A stretch of 25,110 nucleotides of DNA from a virus (Duplodnaviria; Caudoviricetes), in the IMG/VR virus record IMGVR_UViG_3300044788_000074, positions 1 through 25,110 of that record, one strand, 5' to 3'. The notes below the pieces were generated by a model. That model made no database searches, was not told where the DNA came from, and saw only the letters and a list, made by a program, of their open reading frames with translations. The translations under genes were made by a program, and so were the position numbers. Below are positions 9,107 through 16,515 of this stretch, piece by piece. Each line of letters starts with the position of its first letter. Position 1 is the first letter of the stretch.

Positions 9107-9717
9107 GCCTCGCCAGCCTCGCGGCTGTCCCGCAGTGCCTGTTCCTGGACGGCGACTCTGGCCTTGGCGTCGCGGAGCATCTCCTGGAGTTCTATGTCCT
9201 GCTGAGTGACCTCGTGGACGATCGCGTCGACGCGGGTTGGGGCGTCGAGTCCGAGCAGCTTCGCCCGTCGTTCAGCATTCCGTCGGCGTGCGTCCTCGAT
9301 GCGGACGAGGCGGTCGATGGCCTGGAGGACGGGCCCGTCGTCGAGGAGTGGTTCCTCCATCTGTGTGTCCGGGTTGACGGTGCTGATGACTTTGCCGTGG
9401 GAGACGGTGACGTGGTTGCGTTCCAGGACCTGTCGGGCCGCGTACTCGTAGTCGTCGAGGCGGACCAGTTCGGCGTCGAGGCGCTGGAGTTCGATGGTGC
9501 GGAGTTGCTCGGCCGGTTCGGTGACGGCCTCTTTGAGGACTTTCTCGACGCCTTCGCGGGCGGCGGTGCGGCTGGGGTAGCCGAGCATTTCGGCGATCAT
9601 CGGATACGTGTAGCCGAGGCCTCTCAGTCGGGCGGCTTCGGCGTCGCGTTCGATTGTTTCGAGGGTGCGAATGTAGTGGCCCCGGCCGTCGCGGGCGTTT
9701 TGGTTGGGGTTGGCCAT
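9103..9717 (-). CDS. terS: Terminase small subunit
   Basis: N-terminal HTH (LRGLGYTYPMIAEMLGY) and ERRAKLLGLDAP motif; ATGA overlap with terL. Confidence 0.85.
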   Translation of the reverse strand: MANPNQNARDGRGHYIRTLETIERDAEAARLRGLGYTYPMIAEMLGYPSRTAAREGVEKVLKEAVTEPAEQLRTIELQRLDAELVRLDDYEYAARQVLERNHVTVSHGKVISTVNPDTQMEEPLLDDGPVLQAIDRLVRIEDARRRNAERRAKLLGLDAPTRVDAIVHEVTQQDIELQEMLRDAKARVAVQEQALRDSREAGEA

Positions 9718-9740
9718 GGTGGATGCCTCCTGAGCCTTGT

Positions 9741-9790
9741 ACCTTTGAATCGTAGGTCAAGGTGCGTTCTGAGGCTCTGAATCGTTCGCG
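9741..9790 (-). promoter_or_regulatory. Pair of CGATTC-type boxes upstream of terS
   Basis: ACCTTTGAATCGTAGG (9741-9756) and GAATCGTTCGCG (9779-9790). Confidence 0.55.
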
Positions 9791-9804
9791 CGGAGGCGGT
9801 TCTG

Positions 9805-10002
9805 ATGGTGTCCAGCAAGGGCGGCCGTGCCGGATTCGTCTACCGATCACGCTTCACGGCGTACCGTGCACTCCGCCGGCAAGGCGCCTCGAAGTCGAAG
9901 GCCGCACGGATCAGCAACGCGGGCCGGACGCGCGTCCAGCGCAGCGTCATGGCCCGTAAGGCGGCCCGCACCCGGCAGGTGCGGGGCCGGAAGCGTCGCT
10001 GA
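9805..10002 (+). CDS. Small, extremely basic protein (65 aa), probable nucleic-acid binder
   Basis: RBS GGAGG; followed by a hairpin; about one third Arg/Lys and no Asp/Glu; contains YRALRRQGASKSKAARISNA. Confidence 0.75.
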   Translation: MVSSKGGRAGFVYRSRFTAYRALRRQGASKSKAARISNAGRTRVQRSVMARKAARTRQVRGRKRR

Positions 10003-10018
10003 GGGGCGACTGTGAGGA

Positions 10019-10052
10019 CGGGACCCCGGGGCTGGGCGGCTCCGGGGTCCCG
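10019..10052 (+). terminator. Stem-loop after the basic-protein gene
   Basis: CGGGACCCCGGGGCT / GGCTCCGGGGTCCCG with G-U pairs on the + strand. Confidence 0.6.
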
Positions 10053-10158
10053 CTCGTTCGAGGTTCTCGTCTTACGAACAGACCCCGACTGTCGGTGGCC
10101 GGCGGTAGCATCCCCGCACTGTGCACTGGGGAGTGCGCGTTTCTGATTGGGGGGTGTG

Positions 10159-10362
10159 ATGGCTGGTGGCTGTCGGGATTGCCGGACGTGTACGCAGCCG
10201 GGGATCGTGCGGATGGTGCAGGACTGGACGGTCGGGTTCGCGCATCTGTGCACGGCGGGGATGAGTTGGGTGGTGAAGCGGGCTGCGGCGTCGCATTGTC
10301 CGCAGTGCAAGCATTTGCGGTCGCGGCATCAGACGCGGGCTGACGGCTCGTACCTGGACTGA
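10159..10362 (+). CDS. Small Cys/His-rich protein (67 aa from ATG 10159)
   Basis: CxxCxxC and CxxCxH...H motifs; G-rich RBS; followed by a hairpin. Confidence 0.6.
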   Translation: MAGGCRDCRTCTQPGIVRMVQDWTVGFAHLCTAGMSWVVKRAAASHCPQCKHLRSRHQTRADGSYLD

Positions 10363-10375
10363 CGGCGATATGCGT

Positions 10376-10407
10376 GAGGGCCCGCTCCCGGGTGGGGGCG
10401 GGCCTTC
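10376..10407. terminator. Terminator hairpin between convergent genes
   Basis: GAGGGCCCGCTCCC / GGGGGCGGGCCTTC, 14-bp stem including two G-U pairs on the + strand. Confidence 0.65.
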
Positions 10408-10420
10408 GGCGTGCGCGGGG

Positions 10421-10666
10421 TCAGGCGAGCTGTGTGGCCGTGATGAGCGGGTACGGCTCCAGGGAGACCCAGTCGCAGCCGCCGTGGGCGTGGACGGCGC
10501 CGCTCTCCTCGTCCTGCCACGCGTTGTCGAGGTCGAACGGGATGCCCTTCGCGGCTTCCTTGTCGGCGTAGACGCCGAGGACATCGCCGCCTTCGTGGTC
10601 TTCGCCGGTGGAGAGAACCCACACGATCGGGCCGTTCGACGACTGGCGGTGGGCGAGTTCGGTCAT
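10421..10666 (-). CDS. Small hypothetical protein (81 aa, start revised to ATG 10666)
   Basis: MTELAHR...VWVLSTGEDHEGGDVLGVYADKEAA, a pattern typical of small phage proteins; RBS AGGA. Confidence 0.7.
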   Translation of the reverse strand: MTELAHRQSSNGPIVWVLSTGEDHEGGDVLGVYADKEAAKGIPFDLDNAWQDEESGAVHAHGGCDWVSLEPYPLITATQLA

Positions 10667-10692
10667 GTGGTTTGTCCTGTCGTGTCGGGCGG

Positions 10693-11418
10693 TCAGGCGG
10701 GGAGGTCGGCGACGAGCGCGGTCGCGTTGTCGGCGTGCAGGGTGGCGTGCTCGACGGCGGCGGTGACGAAGTCGCGGGCCGCATACCCGGGGGTGCCGGT
10801 GAGGTAGTCGGCGAGGTTGCACAGCGAATCTTCCAACGGCTCGTACGCGCCGTCCGAGGCGAGGAGGAGCCGGCAGTCCTCCGCACCCCGGGTGACGGAT
10901 TCAATCGCCAGATGCCCGTACCGGTTCTTCGCCCCGTCGTCGTCCTGCGTGTTACCGAGGCAGGACGTGATGGCGTTGCGGTTGCCGCCGTCGTGCGTGG
11001 CGCAGGGCGGGTAGACGCGCCGCAGGTTGTGATCCTGGGTGAGCCGCTGGACCGTACCGCGGACCAAGAGGTAGGCGCGGGCATCGCCGCACCAGGCGAT
11101 CGTGAGGGGTTTGCCGGGTGCGGTGACTGCGACGACTGCGCAGGCTTTGGGGTCGTCGTTGAAGGGGCCTTGGCGCCACGGTTCGGTGGCGTAGGCGTCG
11201 TACACGGCGCGCAGGCCGGCTTCTGCGTCGGCGTGGCTGGCTGCGGTGCGGGCGAGACGCCGGGCGGCGCCGCGTGTCCAGTCGCGGACGATGTCGGAGG
11301 AGCCGATCCCGTCGAGGAGGACGTACGCCCGCGCGCCGGACGGGGCGGTTGAGGTGGCGGTGGCGTCACATTGGTGACTGCGGTCGCCGATGAGCTGGGC
11401 TGTGGCGTAGGTGCGCAT
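10693..11418 (-). CDS. PP2C/PPM-family Ser/Thr protein phosphatase-like protein (241 aa)
   Basis: Ordered PPM motifs RSHQCD, LLDGIGS, WCGDARAY, LTQDH, ITSCLG, LLLASDG and ADNAT; RBS AGGAG. Confidence 0.88.
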   Translation of the reverse strand: MRTYATAQLIGDRSHQCDATATSTAPSGARAYVLLDGIGSSDIVRDWTRGAARRLARTAASHADAEAGLRAVYDAYATEPWRQGPFNDDPKACAVVAVTAPGKPLTIAWCGDARAYLLVRGTVQRLTQDHNLRRVYPPCATHDGGNRNAITSCLGNTQDDDGAKNRYGHLAIESVTRGAEDCRLLLASDGAYEPLEDSLCNLADYLTGTPGYAARDFVTAAVEHATLHADNATALVADLPA

Positions 11419-11466
11419 GCGGTTCTCCTGGACGGCGGATCGGGTGCGGGAGGGCGGCGGGGGTGC

Positions 11467-11796
11467 TTACTGCAGTTGCATCCAGTTGGGCTCGGGCGTC
11501 CCCAGTTCCCGCAGGATCTGTTGGTTGATCTGCCACGGCTGCGGCCCCTCGGGGGACGGTGCGATGTGGGTCGCGTCGACGTGGATGAGGGTCTGGCCGC
11601 CCACGTGCTCGTATTCGCGGCTGTCCGGCGAGTATCGGATGTGTTCTCCGTGGAGCCGGTAGCGGATGGTGGACCTCTCCTCTGGTTCGGTGCACTGGCC
11701 GCAGTCGCAGGTGCCTTCCACGGAGTACGACTCGGCGTACTCGTCGCGGATGGTGCCGAAGTAGATGACGTGGGTGCCGGGCGGGAGGGTGGTCAT
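11467..11796 (-). CDS. Hypothetical protein with CxCxxC (109 aa)
   Basis: RBS AAGGAG; GC3 bias; lies in the same operon as the phosphatase. Confidence 0.75.
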   Translation of the reverse strand: MTTLPPGTHVIYFGTIRDEYAESYSVEGTCDCGQCTEPEERSTIRYRLHGEHIRYSPDSREYEHVGGQTLIHVDATHIAPSPEGPQPWQINQQILRELGTPEPNWMQLQ

Positions 11797-11853
11797 CTCG
11801 GTCTCCTTGCGGGTGGTGCGGGTCTGGTTCGTCTGCTGCGTCGTGGAGTTGGT

Positions 11854-12237
11854 CTATGCGCACCTCGCGTAGTCGGCGGCGAGGAGGTGGCGGGTGCCCT
11901 TGTAGGCGAACAGGCCCTCGTACAGCGCCTCGTCGACGACCCCGTAGGCGTACACGTGGATCCACTTCCCGGTGGTGCGGTGCTGCGTCCAGACGCGGAC
12001 GGTGTCGCCGCCGTTGGCCGCGCGGTAGGCCTTCGCTACATGCCGTCCGAACCAGGCCTTCTGTCCGTCGGGGAGGTCGCCGCCGCCGACGCGGTCGAGG
12101 AAGTCTCCGGTGCGGATGAGCCGGCCGTCGGCGACGAGGGCGGCCACGATGCCGGAGAGGGTGCGGTAGCCGAGGGCGCGGCTGGTGCGTGCGGCGGTGC
12201 GGAGGGTGTTGCGGCGGGTGCGTGCGGCGGCGGTCAT
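11854..12237 (-). CDS. Hypothetical basic protein, first gene of the phosphatase operon (127 aa)
   Basis: RBS GAGGGGG; promoter immediately upstream; GC3 bias. Confidence 0.8.
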   Translation of the reverse strand: MTAAARTRRNTLRTAARTSRALGYRTLSGIVAALVADGRLIRTGDFLDRVGGGDLPDGQKAWFGRHVAKAYRAANGGDTVRVWTQHRTTGKWIHVYAYGVVDEALYEGLFAYKGTRHLLAADYARCA

Positions 12238-12285
12238 GTGGTCCCCCTCGACATTCAGCGCTACTTCGTTGCGCTGTCTGGTATC

Positions 12286-12328
12286 AGCATAGGGAGCGCT
12301 GGGGTTGAGCGCAATAGCGTTGCGCTCA
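12286..12328 (-). promoter_or_regulatory. Sigma70-type promoter overlapped by a palindromic operator
   Basis: Minus strand TTGCGC (12314-12309)-N17-TATGCT (12291-12286). The inverted repeat TGAGCGCAA-N5-TTGCGCTCA (12306-12328) covers the -35 element. Confidence 0.7.
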
Positions 12329-12376
12329 TTTGGTGCGCTTCTTTTCAGCGGACCCCTACAGCGCTACCCTGAACCC

Positions 12377-13156
12377 ATGACTTCCGACGACCCGGACCCC
12401 ATCGCCGCCGCAGCAGCCCGATACAAGCGCGACGAGGCCAAGTCCAAGCAGTCCCGCCAAGGGCTCACTGAACTCGTCCTCGAAGCACTCCGACAGCCAG
12501 ACGCGGCCCCAACCGACATCGCCCGCCGCGCCGAGTGGACCGCTGCATACGTCCGCAAGCTCGCCCGCGACAACGACATCCATGCAGATCCGTCCTACAA
12601 GGCGCGGACGGAGACGGCGCGCGCACGCCTCCTGGCCGCCGCCTCGCTCCAAGCCGCAAGCAAGTCGAGGGAGCCGAGCCCCGCCGTGACCACGCCCCGC
12701 CAACAGGTCACCGAGACTCTGCGGAAGCCTGTGCCGTCCATCTCGTGGAAGGTCTTGGCGCTCCCGCTCGACCGCATCACGTGGCTGGTCGACAAGGCCG
12801 AGACCGCGTCCCCCGAGTGGGTCGAGGGAATCCGGCAGGAGTACCCGCACCTGCAAGGGCCGGACCTGGACTACCTGATCGTGGACTTGGGCCACCAGAA
12901 GGGCTTCAAGATTCCGGAGCTGGACGAGCCACCGGTGACCGATGCCGTCGACCGCCCGGTGACCGACGAGGAAGCGGCCACCTTTGCCGCGCGCGCCCGG
13001 TCCCTGGCCAGCGAGATGCAGTTGAAGAGGCTGGACCAGGTCGAGGAGGCGGCGGCCGACGGGTCCAAGGACTTCGCCGTCATGCACGCGGCCCTGGACA
13101 TGGAGCTGTTGAAGCACGACGAGGTGTACGGCGAACGCCCGACGGCTGGCGCCTGA
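12377..13156 (+). CDS. HTH regulator with a long C-terminal extension (259 aa, start revised to ATG 12377, probably leaderless)
   Basis: HTH APTDIARRAEWTAAYVRKLAR; no RBS, but TACCCT lies 6 nt before the ATG; divergent from the phosphatase operon. Confidence 0.75.
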   Translation: MTSDDPDPIAAAAARYKRDEAKSKQSRQGLTELVLEALRQPDAAPTDIARRAEWTAAYVRKLARDNDIHADPSYKARTETARARLLAAASLQAASKSREPSPAVTTPRQQVTETLRKPVPSISWKVLALPLDRITWLVDKAETASPEWVEGIRQEYPHLQGPDLDYLIVDLGHQKGFKIPELDEPPVTDAVDRPVTDEEAATFAARARSLASEMQLKRLDQVEEAAADGSKDFAVMHAALDMELLKHDEVYGERPTAGA

Positions 13157-13172
13157 GCCCACCGCATGACGA

Positions 13173-13206
13173 AGGCCCCGACCGGAATTCCTCCCGGACG
13201 GGGCCT
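13173..13206. terminator. Terminator hairpin between convergent genes
   Basis: AGGCCCCG-A-CCGG / CCGG-A-CGGGGCCT inverted repeat. Confidence 0.65.
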
Positions 13207-13214
13207 CCCGCACG

Positions 13215-13472
13215 TCACTGGTAGTCGTCGCCCAAAACGCCGCGCCGCGCCGCCGCAGCCTTCCGGTTCAACGCACCCGTCATCCGAAACAACGCAACCG
13301 TCAACCCGACGAACGCCACCACCAGAAGCACCTGCGTCACCACCGACACGACCGCCACCCGCTGCGTCGCCAACGCGACAATCAGCGCGATCGCGTTCCC
13401 GGCCAGCCATCCGAACCAGATCCGCAACTTCTCCACACGCACAGCCTTCTGCACTTCGCTGTAACTCGACAT
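13215..13472 (-). CDS. Small two-TM membrane protein (85 aa, start revised to ATG 13472)
   Basis: MSSYSEVQKAVR... with two hydrophobic helices; G-rich RBS. Confidence 0.7.
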   Translation of the reverse strand: MSSYSEVQKAVRVEKLRIWFGWLAGNAIALIVALATQRVAVVSVVTQVLLVVAFVGLTVALFRMTGALNRKAAAARRGVLGDDYQ

Positions 13473-13647
13473 CGTCCCCCCAAGGACACGGCGGATAGTG
13501 CCCCGGATCGTAGCGGCCGGCGCCGACACCGGGCGGCCACACGGCTCCGAACGTGGGTCGGCCTCGTCGCGACGGGGGGATGCGCGACGAGGCCGAAGGG
13601 TGCCGGGCGTTACCCGGCGCGTGGAGTCCAGTGTGGCAGGTGGGCGG

Positions 13648-13899
13648 TCACCGCCCCCACCAGTTCGCCAACATCAGCACGAGCAGCACCAGCAGCGCCC
13701 ACCCCCACCCGGCCGGCAGGACACCATCCCCGCGGGACTCCGTGTGCACCCGGTGCACGCCGTCGCCACCGTTGGGGGCCAGGCCTCCATGCGCGAGGCG
13801 GCGGTGCTCGGCAAGCTCGTCCTCGGCATCCTCCCGCCGGTCTCGGCGCTCCGGCGAGACCGCGTCGCACGGCCCGCACCAGTACTCGTACGGCATCAC
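13648..13899 (-). CDS. Zn-finger (CxxC...HxxxxH) protein with a C-terminal TM helix (83 aa)
   Basis: YWCGPC...EHRRLAHGG and WALLVLLVLMLANWW; GTGA overlap. Confidence 0.75.
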   Translation of the reverse strand: MMPYEYWCGPCDAVSPERRDRREDAEDELAEHRRLAHGGLAPNGGDGVHRVHTESRGDGVLPAGWGWALLVLLVLMLANWWGR

Positions 13900-14651
13900 G
13901 TACCCCCTCTCGGCAGCAGCTTACGCAAAGCCGAGAGGGGTGTAGCTACGGCCGTAGGAGCATCTGCTACATCGCAGGTCACAGCGCCTGCTACGGGGCT
14001 GCTACGGGACTCAGGGACGGCCCCTGAAGAGCGGTCGGGGAGGGCCTCCTGCCACGCCTTCAGGTCGTCCCGGTGGACCCCCTCGTTCACCTTCCCAGCG
14101 ACATCCCGCACGGACCCCCGGAGGGGGATGTTGAGGGCCCCCAACTTGGCCTTCACCGCGGCCTTGTCGAGGGGCCCCTGAGACTCCTTCTGGAGGCGCT
14201 CGGTGAGGGTCTTCAGGTGGGTGCCGGGGGCGTCCACGATGAGGCGCCAGAGCACCACTGCGAGCGGGTCAACGAGCGTCTCCTCGTCCGCCGCCTCGTC
14301 GACCTCAGCGGGGGTGCCGCGCCGTTCCAGCCACCCGGATGCCCGGTCCTTGAACTCGCGCGGGACGAAGGCGAGGACCGCGACCAGCCACCCGAGGATG
14401 ACGCTGGCCGCGATCCAGTCGCCGTAGAAGCCGATCGCCCACACGGCCACGGCGTGCACGCCGGCCGCAACGCCTGAACTGAAGCGGGCGGCAAGCCAGC
14501 GGGGAGGGCCGAGCAGGCCGGTGAGGAGCGGCCCGTACTGCCGGGCGGGCGCCTTCTCCTCGGGTTCGTCCTCGGCGGTCTCTTCCGGCTCCGTCTCCGC
14601 TTCTTCCGGCTCGGGTTCGTCGGTGCGTTTCCGCAGGTTGAAGTACGTCAC
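13896..14651 (-). CDS. Membrane protein with a C-terminal winged-helix-like domain resembling the TraB tail; no ATPase (251 aa, start revised to GTG 14651)
   Basis: GTGA overlap; acidic N-terminus, two TM helices, then GTHLKTLTERLQ...AVKAKLGALNIPLRGSVRDVAGKVNEGVHRDDL. Confidence 0.7.
   Translation of the reverse strand: MTYFNLRKRTDEPEPEEAETEPEETAEDEPEEKAPARQYGPLLTGLLGPPRWLAARFSSGVAAGVHAVAVWAIGFYGDWIAASVILGWLVAVLAFVPREFKDRASGWLERRGTPAEVDEAADEETLVDPLAVVLWRLIVDAPGTHLKTLTERLQKESQGPLDKAAVKAKLGALNIPLRGSVRDVAGKVNEGVHRDDLKAWQEALPDRSSGAVPESRSSPVAGAVTCDVADAPTAVATPLSALRKLLPRGGT
13942..14008. repeat. GCTAC repeat cluster (clt-like) in the 3' end of the wHTH gene
   Basis: CTGCTAC at 13964, 13988 and 13999 (CTGCTACGGG twice) plus the palindrome GTAGCTAC at 13942-13949. 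Confidence 0.65.
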
Positions 14652-15040
14652 GACAGGCTCGTCCCCATGCCCGCGATCGCGTCGGAAAAGTACGACCACA
14701 GGCCTCCGGCGCCGGCAGCGACGTACCAGAAGGCGATGCCCAGCAGCCCGACCTGCTTGGTCGTGAGCTTCTTGAACAGGATGAAGATCGCCAACGAGAG
14801 GGCGATGGCGGTCATCGTCACCCCGGGGAGCACCTTGCTGACGGTGCCGATCAGGCTGCCGATCAGGTCGGGGATGAACTTGAACGGGCCGCCGGCCGCC
14901 TTGTATGCGGATCCGGCGAGCATCGACAGGATGAGGGTGGGCCACCAGCCGAGTGCCTTCATCTGGCCGCCGCCGGGGATGCCGAAGATGAGCAGCACGG
15001 TCAGCACCAGCGCGAGGCTGATCGGGTTGCCGAGGTTCAC
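14648..15040 (-). CDS. Small polytopic membrane protein (130 aa, about 4 TM)
   Basis: Almost entirely hydrophobic; RBS AAGGA; overlaps the next gene. Confidence 0.8.
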   Translation of the reverse strand: MNLGNPISLALVLTVLLIFGIPGGGQMKALGWWPTLILSMLAGSAYKAAGGPFKFIPDLIGSLIGTVSKVLPGVTMTAIALSLAIFILFKKLTTKQVGLLGIAFWYVAAGAGGLWSYFSDAIAGMGTSLS

Positions 15041-15049
15041 GACGGGTCC

Positions 15050-15826
15050 TTACTTGGTGGGGGCGTAGAGGAGTACGCCGGTGACGGTGGAGCAAAGGGG
15101 GATGGCGGCGCACCAGGCGACGGGGCCCCAGGTGCGGGTGCGCCGGTAGAGCAGAAACGTGCTGGTGGCGGCGCCGTACCAGAAGAAGGCCTGCACGCCG
15201 ACCGTCCCGGTGTCGGCGATCCACGCGGTGACGTAGGTGGCGTAGTCGACGAGGCCGGTCTCCCAGCCCATGTAGGCGGCTGTCGCGTGGTAGGCCAGCC
15301 ATTTCAGCCGGTACGGGACTGCGTCCCAGGCGTCGAGGAGGGACTGGCGGGGGGATGCCGGTCGGGTGTCCCATGCGCTGCGGGGGGCGCCTGGCCTGGG
15401 CTTCTCCGGCTTCTTGGCCTTCTTCTTCCGGTCGGGCTTCGGGGCCTGCGTCTTGGCGGGCGCCGGTTCTTCGCCCGGTTCGGCCTCTTCGGGTTCGTCG
15501 TCCTCCGGCTCGGCAGGCTCTGTGGGCGCTGGGTCGCTGTCGAGGATGTCGTCGAGCCAGTCCCGGGGCGGACTGGCGGGCTGCGGCGGGACGGGCGCGG
15601 CGGGATCTGTGGCGGCCGTGGTCGAGGCTTGGGCGGGGACGGCGGCGATGGGTTTTTTGGTCTCCCACCAGGGCGGAATACGGTTCGCGCGCTGCGCCGG
15701 AACCGCCGGTGCGGCCGTGGCCTGGACGGGGTCGCCGGTGTTCGGGGCTTGGTGGCCGACCGGGCGCACGCCGAGGCCGCCCAAAATCCGCCGGGTCAAC
15801 TTCTCGTTCGCGTCGGGGGGCGTCAT
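15050..15826 (-). CDS. Pro/acidic-rich protein with C-terminal TM helices (258 aa, start revised to ATG 15826)
   Basis: ATGA overlap with the NERD gene, RBS GAAGGA; disordered N-terminus and hydrophobic C-terminus. Confidence 0.75.
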   Translation of the reverse strand: MTPPDANEKLTRRILGGLGVRPVGHQAPNTGDPVQATAAPAVPAQRANRIPPWWETKKPIAAVPAQASTTAATDPAAPVPPQPASPPRDWLDDILDSDPAPTEPAEPEDDEPEEAEPGEEPAPAKTQAPKPDRKKKAKKPEKPRPGAPRSAWDTRPASPRQSLLDAWDAVPYRLKWLAYHATAAYMGWETGLVDYATYVTAWIADTGTVGVQAFFWYGAATSTFLLYRRTRTWGPVAWCAAIPLCSTVTGVLLYAPTK

Positions 15827-16515
15827 CGGGCGGTCCTTCGGGTGTAGGGCGGGAAACGACGGTCGGCGTCGGCGGCGAGACGGCCGGGGTGCGGGTGGCC
15901 GGGGCTGCTGCGGGCGATGGCGCGCAGGTGACGGCATGCCTGGTCTGCGGGAATGATGCGGATGCCGTCGATCCGAAGTGGGGCGCCGTCGAGGCGGGGA
16001 CCGTCCATGACGACGACCGGGACCGCGGTGACGCCGAGGATCCGGGCGACGGTGTCGGCCTCGTGACGCAGGCCCGCCAGGCGGTCGGTGACGTCCCGGT
16101 CTCCGCGGTAGAGGCGGCCGTCGTGGACGGTGACCGGCCAGCGTGCGGACCAGCGCTTGGTGTCCGGGACGATCACCACACCGTCCGGGCTGACGGCGAG
16201 ATGGTCGAGGTTGGCGCGGCCCGTGGGCAGGGCGCGGTCGTGGAGGACTGTCCAGCCTTCCCGGGTGAGCGGGGCGAGGCGTTCGGCGGTGCGCCGCTCC
16301 CCTTCCGCGCCGGCGGCCCAGCGTGCGGCCTGGCGGCCGCGCCGGGTGGGGATGCCGAGGTGGTCGGCGATCCGTACGGCGGGGGTACGCAGCTGGCGGG
16401 CGCGGGCGGCCGCGGATGCGCCCGCACCGGTACGGCGGAAGCGGTTACGCAGCCGGGCGAGACCGCCGCCGAAGTACAGCCATGCGGCGAACGCGAGGAG
16501 GATGGCGAGGATCAC
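15823..16515 (-). CDS. NERD-domain (PD-(D/E)xK) nuclease-related protein with an N-terminal TM anchor
   Basis: GAEGERRTA, VLHDRALP, ANLDHLAV and DTKRW motifs; hydrophobic N-terminus. Confidence 0.88.
   Translation of the reverse strand: MILAILLAFAAWLYFGGGLARLRNRFRRTGAGASAAARARQLRTPAVRIADHLGIPTRRGRQAARWAAGAEGERRTAERLAPLTREGWTVLHDRALPTGRANLDHLAVSPDGVVIVPDTKRWSARWPVTVHDGRLYRGDRDVTDRLAGLRHEADTVARILGVTAVPVVVMDGPRLDGAPLRIDGIRIIPADQACRHLRAIARSSPGHPHPGRLAADADRRFPPYTRRTAR

Noticed and set aside
13896-15668. 590-aa ORF, and a possible -1 frameshift at the A6 run (15653-15658) fusing the 258-aa gene to the wHTH gene
   Set aside because: The upstream ~340 codons are Arg/Pro-rich shadow translation of two real in-frame genes, and this frame is naturally stop-poor in high-GC3 DNA. 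C-AAA-AAA is not a canonical slippery heptamer, and a coupled GTG start at 14651 explains the gene.
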